Positions 1 to 12,400 of a DNA stretch of 64,000 nucleotides are shown piece after piece. Made by a program: the position numbers and the translations under genes. The DNA is taken from contig OZ076411.1 of the NCBI GenBank assembly GCA_964187785.1, positions 35,588,001 to 35,652,000 on the forward strand, read 5' to 3'. Every line of letters begins with the position of its first letter. The stretch's first letter is position 1. Origin of the DNA: Amphiscolops sp. MND2022. Taxonomy: Eukaryota. The notes under the pieces were generated by a model. The model ran no database searches. It was not told the DNA's origin and saw only the letters and a program-made list of their open reading frames with translations.

Positions 1-200
1 AAGTATTGCAAATTTCATTACGTCACTTTTCTATTTTTAAATGCAACCAACTTTTTATCAATTTTGCTGCGATTTCAATGTATAGGAACATGAATAGGTT
101 ATCACCAAAAAAAAACCTGAACCTCTAGTTCAAGTGCCAGCTACCCCACCCCCTAACATTTGGAAAGTGACAACAATTTCAAGATCTGGTTTTGTTTCAG

Positions 201-238
201 ACGAAAAAAATCGTTCATCCGACTGGATCGATTGCCAA
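201..238 (+). CDS. Internal coding exon of an unknown host gene (gene 1), (x)EKNRSSDWIDCQ
   Basis: Acceptor TTTGTTTCAG ends at 200 and donor GTGAGT starts at 239. The exon runs phase 1 to phase 0, compatible with the phase-0 exon at 820. Confidence 0.6.
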
Positions 239-587
239 GTGAGTGAAACATTATAACTTATCCAATTAAGCTTTTTCTTTAATCTTCCTGCTTAACTGCT
301 TCCTGCTTATAATACTGTAATATAAAAGACCAACCGGGAAAAAACGATTTCAACGATAGTGTTTAACCAGACCAGTGTCAACCTGGTTTGGTCATCTTTA
401 CTTCACTGTAATACAAATCCTAATCTTGCTTTTGATATGTAGTAATTCTGAATGCCAAAATCAAAACTCGATAAACTGTTAATAGAATATTTTTCATTGA
501 TTTGTTTCGTAACAGTTTACAAATTATACATCCAAGTCATATTTTGTACAACAATTTGAATAAAGCGTTTCGAAATCCATTTGGTTG

Positions 588-764
588 TTTGTCTTTTCCT
601 TCTTTCAGATCTGAAGTTTTCCCCTGACATTTTGAGTCATCAATTTAAGACATTGGACTTTCATCCCAATTACGTGTTCAACGGGATGAAAAGTCCAATG
701 TCTTAAATTGATGACTCAAAATGTCAGGGGAAAAACTTCAGATCTGTAAGAAGGAAAAGACAAA
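588..764. repeat. Long inverted repeat / hairpin: ~80-bp arms (588-667 and 683-764) with a 15-nt loop
   Basis: TTTGTCTTTTCC...TTTCATCCC is the reverse complement of GGGATGAAAAG...GGAAAAGACAAA, with 1 substitution and 2 single-base indels. Confidence 0.95.
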
Positions 765-819
765 TGATGTCAAAAGGAAAAGACATGATGTGAATTCAAC
801 TATATGGAACAAATTTCAG

Positions 820-1048
820 GTCGATCCTGGTGTGTACCATTACGATGGAAGATGGTGTATTTTTTACTTCACAAAATCGATAGCTGATTTTCAGCTGTTT
901 CAAGTTGTAATCAACATTACGGCAAACGGAAGTCACACAGTGGCGAGAGCGCATAATATATTTTTCGGATGGATGATTCCTGAAGTTGACATTCAGTTCG
1001 ATGAAGAGAAAATGGACGTGGCAGTAAACATCTCACAAACATACATTG
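820..1048 (+). CDS. Coding exon of gene 1 (VDPGVYHYDGRWCIFYF...VNISQTYI-G)
   Basis: Acceptor AAATTTCAG ends at 819 and donor GTAAAT starts at 1049. The frame is open (part of ORF 721..1152) and contains N-glycosylation sequons NIT, NGS and NIS. Confidence 0.65.
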
Positions 1049-1367
1049 GTAAATCATGGCGACTGGAAGTTTTACATTCGTGGTGGAACAAGGTTATAAT
1101 GAGTTCAGGTAATTGCCGCTTCAAACTTTCTTCTAATGCACGTACATACTAAAACTTCATGTCCTCGAAAAAAATATGCTGCCGCAAAAGTAGGTTCTGA
1201 ACGTATGGTGACCAACCACGACAATGATCATGAAAGCAAAAGAAGTACTGCTTAGTTTTTGAGCAAATTATCAACTTAAACAAAGTCAACTGACAATTAT
1301 TTGAAGAACACAGTACATGTGTGTCCGCTGGTAACTATTCGTTATAATATGCTTGTCAGAATTTCAG

Positions 1368-1510
1368 GTGTCCATATCAGCAAAACTTTTTTGTACAAGA
1401 CTGAACCGTTTGGGCTCATACATTTAAGAACAGGAAACAAAACTAGTTTTGTCTCTCTTCCAGTACTTCTCTACCAACCCAAACGAAACGAGATGGCATC
1501 CTTACAATGA
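1368..1510 (+). CDS. Terminal coding exon of gene 1 (G-VHISKTFLYKTEPFGL...LYQPKRNEMASLQ*)
   Basis: Acceptor GAATTTCAG ends at 1367. The phase-1 join completes a Gly codon with the previous exon, and the stop TGA is at 1508-1510. Confidence 0.6.
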
Positions 1511-1729
1511 GATAGATTCTTACGGAACCTGTCAAACAATTGTGTTTCCCTGTTTTGACTGATTTATATTAATCTGCTTTGAAAGTTCATATAGAAAATT
1601 TGCGGAAAATTGAAGCCGTGAAGTTCTGCCAACTTCATAATGCTCCATTTCTATTTTTGAAAGAAGCCGAGACTTTCCACCGCCATTTAACTGCAAAGCC
1701 CGCGTTGGCAACCAATCTCAATCCACCGA

Positions 1730-2187
1730 TGGTCAACGGAAGTTCCACTGGTCGTCATCGGTGGACATTGATAAATACACCACTAGCCACCGATGGCTCT
1801 CCCGTTAATGAATCCGTATCAGTCCCATGTCGGCATCCTTCTCGCAGTCAGCGTAACTTCAAGCTAGTGGCGTACATACTGTTTAGTTCTTTCCTAATGC
1901 TCCAGCTAAATTTTGGGTTGATCATATTCGAAAAGTAAACATGAATATCCAATGAATATGCAGCTTGCAAAATTTCACACCTATGTTGTAAAGTTCAATT
2001 TTGGTTCATCCACACATTCTAATGATTTCAGTGGGCTCAGTCTTGCGTTCTTCTGACTTTAGTAAAAATTGTCAGATGTTCGTCCAATTGTTTCTCTCTT
2101 TTGAAAAAAAAACTTTTCAAGAAAGGTTAATTCGTATAGTTTAGCTGCATTACTCATAATTTAGCTTGTCCGTCAATCCACAGATAA
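1730..2187 (+). repeat. Putative 5' LTR of BelA (diverged)
   Basis: Shares blocks such as TTGATCATA, ATGAATATCCAATGAA, TGTTGTAAAGTTCA and TCAGTG(G/A)GCTCAGTC with 8363-8720. It is followed by PBS-like TGGTACGCCGGGAC at ~2188. Boundaries are approximate. Confidence 0.55.
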
Positions 2188-2785
2188 TTGGTACGCCGGG
2201 ACAAAGACAATTATCGACGCAATGCTTTCCACAGAGGACTTGGATTGTCTCAAGGCGAAACGAGGTGCCATCAGAGCACGTGCCACGAGGACGATCACAA
2301 CAATTGATCACTTGGCATCAACAGAACCAAACAACGTAACTAATGCTATCAGAGAGCAAAGATTCAGCTCAAAACAAGTTCTCAATCAAACATTAAATCA
2401 TCTTACAATGAGTGATCGATGACCAAATTCTTGACCAATTGTCGCCTGATTAGATACATGTAGACAATGAAATATGCTTTGAGTATCAAGCAAAGATCTT
2501 CCAAGCCATTGCAGTCACTAAAGACTTTTATGGAACGGGCAATTAAGGCTGATTTAGTCTCTCAACAACGAAACGCATCAGCCCCAGCAAATTTTAGTCG
2601 ACAACAAAGCACAAACCGCTTGACGCTACCTCGACTTGAATTACTGACGTTCCCAGTTGATGGTAAAATTAAGCCTTTTTTGTTTTTTTTTTTCAATGTG
2701 CTGTTCACAATATGCTGACCTTAGCGACTCGCAAAAGATGTTTTACCTGAAGACTGCGTTGAATGGTGAGGCCCACAAGTTGTTG

Positions 2786-5700
2786 AGTAAAGTCATTAAA
2801 ACTCACACAAACAACGATGTCGCTCTAAACATACTCTCAGACCTAGACGACAGCAAGCGAGTGAAAATGCGAGAACATCTCAGCTGTCTCTTCAGGGCTC
2901 CTTGTGATGGTTGTAGGTGTGGTAGAAAATGATGGTGGCATTTTAGGGGAAAAGGTTTCGACATGAATGAAAAGGCCGATATCTTCATGGTTCACACCGT
3001 AGTGGAGAAAGCTCGATCAAAACTATCTGAAGCAAACAGAATTGACCAATCCTGTAAAAAATCCTCTCAGATACGATCTGTTGTACAGTGGCTTGCAGTC
3101 GAGATGCAAAGCACTAGAGTCTGTAGATTTCATGTGTGATCACAATGCATTCACTCACGATGGTAGAAATTGAATGAGTGGCCCGAGTAAGGTTCGCAAC
3201 AGGTCATCCTACTAGGGTGAGTCTAATTCTTTAACCATCAACCAAAACAATTGCGACAGCTGCGAAGAAGCCCACAAGGTCTTCCACTGTCAAAATATCA
3301 GAAGTTTGAAGTTGATTCCAGACGTTAGTTGGTCGATCAGAAATCAGCATGCTTCAATTGCCTTCAACAAAGTCATATTTTTAAACAATGTCAATCAACC
3401 TCAAAAAGTCGAACGAGTGGAGCTAGGGACAATACGCTCCTACATAAACACAATCCTCGACAGATACCAAGCAAGGCTTCAATCCAACAATGCATATGGA
3501 CTTGATCAACCACACTCTACACAAATGACGAGTTCTACTTCAAACAGCTTTGATCGACATTCGCAACAGCAATGGAAAACCAGTAAACTGGTGAGCACTT
3601 TAAGACTCAGGCTCACAACTCAGCAAGCCAGCACCAGATTTCATCGAACAGAGTGGCGCAAAGCTCAAATGTGTCATTGGGTCCTTGGCGCATGAGACGC
3701 GTTACTTATGGAATCGCTACCCGTGACTAACGTTCTATACGAGCGATGCAGGAAACCGCGAAAGATACCAGATACGAGAATGTCCAACAGACCATCTTGT
3801 TGGATTTTTACGTTTTAGACTTTTTTGGGTGTAAACTCATTGGAAAAGACGACGCAAATACAAGTTGAGTTGAACAAAACTCTAAGCAAAGGATAGTTCA
3901 ATCTGCAGAAATGGATCTCAAACTAACCGGAGCTGATCCAAAGGCTACTCCAAGATCTTCGTAGATGCAATCCCTACGAAGTGGAATCTAACACATCAAC
4001 TGTGAAGACACTTGAGTCCACCTGGAATCATCTGGACGACAAAATTTACTTCACAATCGCGGAGTCCATCTCACTTCACGCACCACGTGCCAAGTCACCT
4101 CAGAGTGTTCAACGATTTTCGACCCCCTTGGATTGCTCGCTGCAATAGTCATCAAGTTGAAGATTTGGATTCAACGCGTTTGGTTGGAAGGGTGAGATTA
4201 GTTTGACCGTCTTCCACATGACCCGATTCAAGTGTTTGAAGCGTGCAAAGCCGAATTGGCAGCATTTATGTGGCTCTCAAAACCATGCCGTGTAGCATTG
4301 GGCACTTACATCAAGATGCAGTTTCACTGTTCTGCATACCACTCTATCACGTTGCAGTAATCTACGTGGTCACACAACAAGCGGATGGTTCCAGGCAATT
4401 GTCACATCCAAATCGAAAGCCGCACCAGTGAAGACTATGTGATTGCCTCGACTTGAGTTGTGCGCCGCCCAGCTTGCCGCCACTCTATCAACATGTACTG
4501 ATTTCATTTCAATCATCGCCGCTTTTTTCACAAGAAGTCTTCACTTGGTCCGATAGTACCATCACGCTCGCATGGTTGAATGCCCTTCCATTGAAAAGGA
4601 CGACTTTCATTGCACATCGTGTACGTGTACGTGACTTTCAAATAATTGAAGGCACGTTCCAAGGCTGCTCAACCCTTCTGACATCACCAGCCGCGGAGCA
4701 CTAGCAGACTCATTGACGACATGTGGTGGAAAAGACCAAATTTTCCAGTGCATGAGAAAACTACTTGGACTATTCAACCTACGGCTTCATTGAAAAACCC
4801 AAAACAGCAACACAAGTCTCTGGCAGCACGACCAGAATTCACAGTAAAGTCATTAAAACTCACACAAACTACGATGTCGCTCTAAACATACTCTCAGACC
4901 TAGACGACAGCAAGCGAGTGAAAATGCGAGAACATCTCAGCTGTCTCTTCAGGGCTCCTTGTGATGGTTGTAGGTGTGGTAGAAAATGATGGTGGCATTT
5001 CAGGGGAAAAGGTTTCGACATGAATGAAAAGGCCGATATCTTCATGGTTCACACCGTAGTGGAGAAAGCTCGATCAAAACTATCTGAAGCAAACAGAATT
5101 GACCAATCCTGTAAAAAATCATCTCAGATACGATCTGTTGTACAGTGGCTTGCAGTCGAGATGCAAAGCACTAGAGTCTGTAGATTTCATGTGTGATCAC
5201 AATGCATTCACTCACGATGGTAGAAATTGAATGAGTGGCCCGAGTAAGGTTCGCAACAGGTCATCCTACTAGGGTGAGTCTAATTCATTAACCATCAACC
5301 AAAACAATTGCGACAGCTGCGAAGAAGCCCACAAGGTCTTCCACTGTCAAAATATCAGAAGTTTGAAGTTGATTCCAGACGTTAGTTGGTCGATCAGAAA
5401 TCAGCATGCTTCAATTGCCTTCAACAAAGTCATATTTTTAAACAATGTCAATCAACCTCAAAAAGTCGAACGAGTGGAGCTAGGGACAATACGCTCCTAC
5501 ATAAACACAATCCTCGACAGATACCAAGCAAGGCTTCAATCCAACAATGCATATGGACTTGATCAACCACACTCTACACAAATGACGAGTTCTACTTCAA
5601 ACAGCTTTGATCGACATTCGCAACAGCAATGGAAAACCAGTAAACTGGTGAGCACTTTAAGACTCAGGCTCACAACTCAGCAAGCCAGCACCAGATTTCA

Positions 5701-6898
5701 TCGAACAGAGTGGCGCAAAGCTCAAATGTGTCATTGGGTCCTTGGCGCATGAGACGCGTTACTTATGGAATCGCTACCCGTGACTAACGTTCTATACGAG
5801 CGATGCAGGAAACCGCGAAAGATACCAGATACGAGAATGTCCAACAGACCATCTTGTTGGATTTTTACGTTTTAGACTTTTTTGGGTGTAAACTCATTGG
5901 AAAAGACGACGCAAATACAAGTTGAGTTGAACAAAACTCTAAGCAAAGGATAGTTCAATCTGCAGAAATGGATCTCAAACTAACCGGAGCTGATCCAAAG
6001 GCTACTCCAAGATCTTCGTAGATGCAATCCCTACGAAGTGGAATCTAACACATCAACTGTGAAGACACTTGAGTCCACCTGGAATCATCTGGACGACAAA
6101 ATTTACTTCACAATCGCGGAGTCCATCTCACTTCACGCACCACGTGCCAAGTCACCTCAGAGTGTTCAACGATTTTCGACCCCCTTGGATTGCTCGCTGC
6201 AATAGTCATCAAGTTCAAGATTTGGATTCAACGCGTTTGGTTGGAAGGGTGAGATTAGTTTGACCGTCTTCCACATGACCCGATTCAAGTGTTTGAAGCG
6301 TGCAAAGCCGAATTGGCAGCATTTATGTGGCTCTCAAAACCATGCCGTGTAGCATTGGGCACTTACATCAAGATGCAGTTTCACTGTTCTGCATACCACT
6401 CTATCACGTTGCAGTAATCTACGTGGTCACACAACAAGCGGATGGTTCCAGGCAATTGTCACATCCAAATCGAAAGCCGCACCAGTGAAGACTATGTGAT
6501 TGCCTCGACTTGAGTTGTGCGCCGCCCAGCTTGCCGCCACTCTATCAACATGTACTGATTTCATTTCAATCATCGTCGCTTTTTTCACAAGAAGTCTTCA
6601 CTTGGTCCGATAGTACCATCACGCTCGCATGGTTGAATGCCCTTCCATTGAAAAGGACGACTTTCATTGCACATCGTGTACGTGTACGTGACTTTCAAAT
6701 AATTGAAGGCACGTTCCAAGGCTGCTCAACCCTTCTGACATCACCAGCCGCGGAGCACTAGCAGACTCATTGACGACATGTGGTGGAAAAGACCAAATTT
6801 TCCAGTGCATGAGAAAACTACTTGGACTATTCAACCTACGGCTTCATTGAAAAACCCAAAACAGCAACACAAGTCTCTGGCAGCACGACCAGAATTCA
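2786..6898 (+). repeat. Head-to-tail tandem duplication, period 2057 bp (2786-4842 and 4843-6898)
   Basis: Identical ORFs are offset by 2057 bp (3306/5363, 4012/6069, 4243/6300, 4453/6510). I counted about 6 substitutions between the copies. Confidence 0.97.
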
Positions 6899-8362
6899 AC
6901 TGCCCAACGTCCAATTTTTGAGCTACCAGCGCCTCTTAAGAGAACCACAGCAAGGGTCTTCAAAATCGACCAATACTTGGAAACCTAAGCTTATGTGTCA
7001 TTCAATCCAGACGATTTGTTTCAAGCCGAGAACTATTTGATTCAGAAGATGTAACCTATTGTGCCCACGAGTATGAACTACTGCAATAAAGCAAATCTGC
7101 TCTAAAAAGCAGCCCTTTTTACAATTTGCATCCTTTCCTTGATGATAAGTCATGTTCCATCAATGTTGGGAGGAGGACTCACCCGTCAAATCTAAACGAA
7201 CCATTCAAGCATCAAGGTAATTTTTCGAAGCCTCACCTCACGAAGCTGATAGTTCAAGACTGCAACAATGGAACACTCCATTCTTGAGCTCAAATGACGC
7301 TCTATCAGATTCGTGAACACTTCTGGATTAAAAACGGGTGAAAATATGTCACACAGATGTTGCACCAATGAGCAACGTGTCTTCAACTTGTTCAAGAAGA
7401 GACCCTTCTAGCAATGGGACTTCTTCCTGATGAAAGGATTACCCCAGGAAGACTATTCTCGAAGACATGTATCGACTTCGCGGGAATCTTCAAGACGAAG
7501 GCCAAAACTAGCAGCAAGTTCGTCGACAACACCTTCATCTGTCTAACAACGAAAGCTAACCACTTAGAAGCAGTCTAATCTCTAACGAAGGAAGCTTGTA
7601 TTGCCTTCTCAAAGCGCTTCGTGGCACGACAGGGAGCCCCAGAGAGCATCTTCAGTGATAATGCAACTTCAATGGAGCCTGCAACGATCTACTGAAGCTC
7701 AAGGACATCTTAACAGAAAAAGAAATTGAGTCATACGTCCACATGAACTGTGTGATGATACCTCCAAGAACACCTAACTTCGGTGGGCTGTGGGAAGCAG
7801 TGATCAAAAGTGCAAAATATCAAATCTGCAGGGTGATGGGTAACACAACACTTACAATTGAGGAATCCAACACACTCCAGCACAGATAGAAGTTGTCCTA
7901 AGTTCACGGCTCATATAACCGATGCCCTCTGATCCTAATGATGATGCTCCAATATCGCGTGGCTACTTCCTGATTTGTAGTCAACCACAGCTCATGCGGA
8001 AAAATCATTAACGAAAAGTCATATTTCTGCAAACAGACTCGAGTTTTTGAAATCTCTTATGAAACATTCTGGAACAGATGGTCCGAAGAGTATCTCTCGA
8101 ACCTGCAACCGTTAACCAAATGGCACGATCCTACAGATGCTCCGGAAGCAAGAGAAGTAGCCCTCATAATGGAAGATACCGTTCCTTCTTCTCATTGTCC
8201 GCGCGCAAGATTCGAAGAATTATATCTAACTAACAACAAGCCAGAGTAGCAAAGGTCTTTATAAAGGCAATCATCCTTTATTAGGCCCCTCAGCAAGCTA
8301 CGCCTACTCTCCAAACAACCGCCTCTCTCCCCAATCAGCCCGATCCTACCATGCACGCAGAT

Positions 8363-8720
8363 GTCAGGAAGTTCGATCATATCATGCATCCGGTGGAACT
8401 CTACAACTCTTAATTGTTGTCAGACAGTCTTTCTAGCTGATCTGAAATCAATTGTGGTTGAATTATCTTCAACGCGCGCAGAATAATTACTTTTTTTCTC
8501 AAAACTCAACCCAAAATTTAGTTTGATCATACTTGAATTGTAAATCATGAATATCCAATGAAAATTCAATATGTATGTTTTCACAACTTTGTTGTAAAGT
8601 TCACTTGATACGTATTGATTTATTCACACTTGCTACTTAAGTCAGTGAGCTCAGTCAGTCACGCTTTCTTCTGATTTTAATAGGAATTGTCGCAAGATAG
8701 TCTAATTGGTTAATCAGAAT
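8363..8720 (+). repeat. Putative 3' LTR of BelA (diverged)
   Basis: Begins with TGTCAGG just after the end of the integrase C-terminal region and has patchy similarity to 1730-2187. Confidence 0.5.
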
Positions 8721-8764
8721 AATCGGGCAGAAAAATCACAAACATAACACCTTGAACCGCAATT

Positions 8765-9020
8765 GAGCGAATTTCGGATCTTGAACATAATCTGTACGAA
8801 AGTTGTCTCTTCCAGTGCTTTTCGGCATTTTTTCTGGGTATAGCCTTCTGGAGGACGTTTCGGGAAGTTTTCTTGCTATGTCTCATTACGGGTGTCTTCT
8901 AAGCTGGTTTCCGTGTTTTTTCATCTGTCCGTCTATGTGTTTTTTCGGTGGGTGTGTGTTTTGTCGTCGATCATTTTACTCCTCTAACCTGATATTTTGG
9001 TACATGCTATGTTGAGCATG
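8765..9020 (-). repeat. Dispersed repeat, copy 1 (homologous to 22838-23100); possibly a 3' fragment of a non-LTR element
   Basis: CGGATCTTGAACATA...GAAAGTTGT...TTCTGGG..TAGC.TTCTG...TTTTCTT...TCGTCGATCA is collinear with 22838-23060 at roughly 65-70% identity. Confidence 0.75.
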
Positions 9021-9469
9021 TTCTATTCTGAGTTTTTCAGTGTTTCGAAGATGTCCAACACACTGGTGGACGTTACACTAGTTTTGGGACTTAGTCAATC
9101 ATAATACAGTGATTTTAGATCTTATTCTATCAGGAAAAGAGTAAAATCAGCCTTTTTAAAAACTCCTTCTGTTCGTTCGATTCTCTCCTGAATAAATTTT
9201 ATTTTGGGGTGACAATTTATGTGACTTTTCTGGAACTAGGGAAGAAGATTGAGGCACTCGTTTGTTGCTTGGAAGGGTACCAAACTGGAAACCCAATACA
9301 TAGTAACTACTTGTAATAACGATTTACTGGAAAACCAAAACAAAATTAAACTAGCACCAAGAACCAAGAAGAGAGGTAGCTTGCCAACTCAAGTTGCACC
9401 TGCGCAGCACCGAAACGCTTCGTTTTGCTTACTGCAGCCAGCGTGGTTAGCTTAGTTTTGATTTGAGCA

Positions 9470-12400
9470 TTTAGTTTGCGCCTCCTGCAGCTCATCCGTT
9501 ACTGAGGATCGAGAGGTGTTTTGAGGCTCTACACTGGAAAACTCATTGTCTTCAATTTCTATCGCTTTCGCAATGACTTGGGATAAGTTAGTGAAACCCA
9601 GTCCAGGTTAATTTTTTGATTGGCCACTAGTTTCTGAATCTTGCTGAGAGCCATATATTGGCTTCTTCTGTCATTTCCACCTTCCCTGCTTTCTGAGACT
9701 GTGTGATTTCGTTTGGTCTTGCACAAGACCATTGTCGCTGGGAGCCATTTCCATTGTTGTTTCACCAGCCTTTGGGGCCTCTGGGGAAGGTTTTTTTGAG
9801 CCCCCTTTCCTGGTCCATGGGTGGCCTACCTGGCTCACTATATGTCGTAGTTCTTGTCCTGAGAATCCATCTCTGCACTGCGAAGCCTTTTACAAGCGTG
9901 GGTGTTGCTCCTGTACAAAGCGTTTCCTGCACGAAGGCCAGCTTGTCTATCCTGCCGGTAAGCTCCACAATGGGAAGCCGAGTGGTAAAGATCCGGGGTT
10001 CAGATAGCCGATTGCTTTCTCCAGGCTTGAATTGCATATTGCATCGTGCTTTGATTGCCATCTGAAGGTACCAGGTGCTCAGTTGTGGTCTTGCGGTCTT
10101 GCCAAAATTCTCCGATGTTCGTACTCGGCCAGTCGTTCACAATGGACAGAGCTTCGTGCCCCGCTAAAGATGCTTCGAAAGAATAAGTGTGCGCGTCTGA
10201 AACGCGTATGTTTGCCGGTCGACAGATCATTGATGCTTTTGAATATAACAACTGCAAAAAATACCGCGAAACAGGTCCGCTTGGTAGAAACGAAGTGTTG
10301 TCGAAATTTACGAGAGTGCACAGGTTTTGTAGTGAAATTAACAGCGTTCCTGCTAATACTGTTGACGTTCCGTCCCAAGAGGTGCCTAGAAACCACCAGT
10401 TGTCGGTTGGGTGATACACATCCCCGGGGGGAGTTATACCGTATTGTTGCCAAAACGGATGTGCAGTGATTTTTGATGGTATGGTGTTCTGGTATGCTTA
10501 ATTTCACTACCTGCCGAGCAAGGGTACCCGCTCCTGGATACTCTCTTGTTCGGTACCTTCTCCTCGGTTAGATTGACGCAACTACAATTACAGGAACCGC
10601 AGGTTCCGCATCTATAACGTGGTGTTCGATTACGTCTCTGCTGGTATGATTGTGCTTGTGATGAAGTCAGTTGAGGCTAGGGTCCTCGACGGAGCTTTGG
10701 AGCTTGTTCGACCCGTTTATCCTCTTCTTCATCGAGTGGTCGGTCTGCTTGATGTTGTTGTTGCTCTATTTGAGGAAGTGGTACTTCCTCACCTACAACC
10801 TGGAGATCAACCTTCTCGTCTATTTCTTTTGCTAATTGACCCAACCGGGTGACAAAGAGATCGTGGGACTCAAGGCGTTAACTCCAGTCGCCCCGTTGTT
10901 CCTTTCCGGGGGCTCGTTCTCTATAGCGGAATCTGGTTGTTGAGTCCGGCGAAGACGAGAGTTGTTTTAGTTCAGTTGTCAGTGGTTCGATCAAAGTGGC
11001 TGAACTGCCCACGAGCAATCCCTCGTTCTAACGCCATCTGGATGGGATGTGGTACTGGCCTGGTTGGTTCTATTTTAAACGAGGCCTCCGTCAGTTGTTC
11101 CGGCAAGAAGGCAAGAAGGAGTCTCGTGAGATATCTGGCATTTTCTCCTCGTTGTTTTACTGAACATGCTGATTCGCAATGATGGCTTCCCTGTGGTACT
11201 ACGGTAAAGGGTGTGTTCTGCCCAATCCTAGTATGTGAGGGCCACGCCAAGCGCAATTAAGTTTGCGGGTATCACCTTTTGGTCTAATGCGGCTAAAACC
11301 TAAACAACATCGACTACGGCATGCACTTTTGCCTTCATGTGTTGGCCTTCACCTGCTACTGCCTCAATTGTGTTTGGTGTGTGTTCCTGCGAACACGTTC
11401 AAGGATCACCTGTTGTCTAACTAACAAAAACTCCACAAAAACCTCCCTAGATTTAAGTCGCGGCGCTGCGACCTCAGAATAAAAGAATGAGAACATCATT
11501 GACGTTTCGGCTTCACACTGGAGTTGGTATGGTGAAGATCCTGTTGTCGCCTGTCTCGTGGAATTGTAGTCACCTGACGCTTCGTCTACGTGGCCTCTCC
11601 CAGTCTTGGATCTGGTGAGAGGTGTACAATCTGAACAATGTGAGTAATAGCCGGTTTTGTTGTTCTAGCAGATCAAACCTCCTGAGTGAACTGGAGTGGA
11701 AGTCACTTAGATGACTTGTGAAACGTTATAGAATTTTTGTGTTATTTTAGCTCGAAAAATAGATGTTTTTGCTGATTGCATTCTAGAGGAAATGCCGTGG
11801 CTGGCAAGCCATTTAAATGGCATGATTTTAGCTGTTAATGCGTTTGGGTGTCGAGACGTTCCGGCGGCATTTTTGTTGTAACATTGAGGATGCAGTTTGA
11901 TCTATCCACCTCGCATGTCGTTTCTGACACTTCCTACTGTACTTCTGGGTACTATGGCGTGCTATCCAAGGGCAGACATCGTATCGTGTCGGTTCTTGTT
12001 TTGATTTTTTCCGCAAACAGTAAAGCTTTCCGAGAGTGCGCTCGCGCTTCCGTTGGAAGCTCAGGATTATTCGGAAAGAACCTCCATATCTGGATATATG
12101 TTGAAGTTTGGTACGTTGAGCAGGTCTTCGTAATCTATCTGGGACATTCAGTTGAATCCCTTGCTCACTTCGTTAGGGTCTGAACGCTTTTTTCCGATGC
12201 ACAAAGTCGATTGTCGTTTTGCAAAGGCCGTATGCGGCTTCGATTGATGTTGCATGCGCTGTCTCTGAATTGTTGTGATGTTGTACAGATAGAAGCTGGC
12301 TATCCAGCGTCCAATCATGGCTTGGCCCCTTGAATACGTCTTCAGCCTTCAGCCACAAGAGCTCTTGGTTGACCCGACGAAGCGTGAATTCTCGACCTGC

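Larger units (their letters stand above)
1730..8720 (+). mobile_element. Degenerate Bel/Pao LTR retrotransposon (BelA)
   Basis: Motifs in Bel/Pao order: gag start LKAKRGAIRARATR; DUF1759-like TLPRLELLTF and SDSQKMFYLKTALNGEA; RNase H region AAPVKTM*LPRLELCAA and WSDSTITLAWL; integrase IDFAGIF, FSDNA, PPRTPNFGGLWEAVIKS and FWNRWSEEYL. Many stops and frameshifts. Confidence 0.9.

Noticed and set aside
721-1152. 143-aa ORF as a complete single-exon gene
   Set aside because: Its ATG lies inside the hairpin arm. The splice signals at 819/820 and 1048/1049 explain the central part better as an exon.
9762-10061. Possible NADAR/YbiA-like domain (TLCTGATPTLV)
   Set aside because: Only a few residues resemble the motif. 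The D-x-x-W-G and G-x-N-x-L-G signatures are not seen.
9703-10469. Overlapping plus-strand ORFs (120, 91 and 145 aa)
   Set aside because: They are antisense shadows of the G0 element in a GC-richer stretch.
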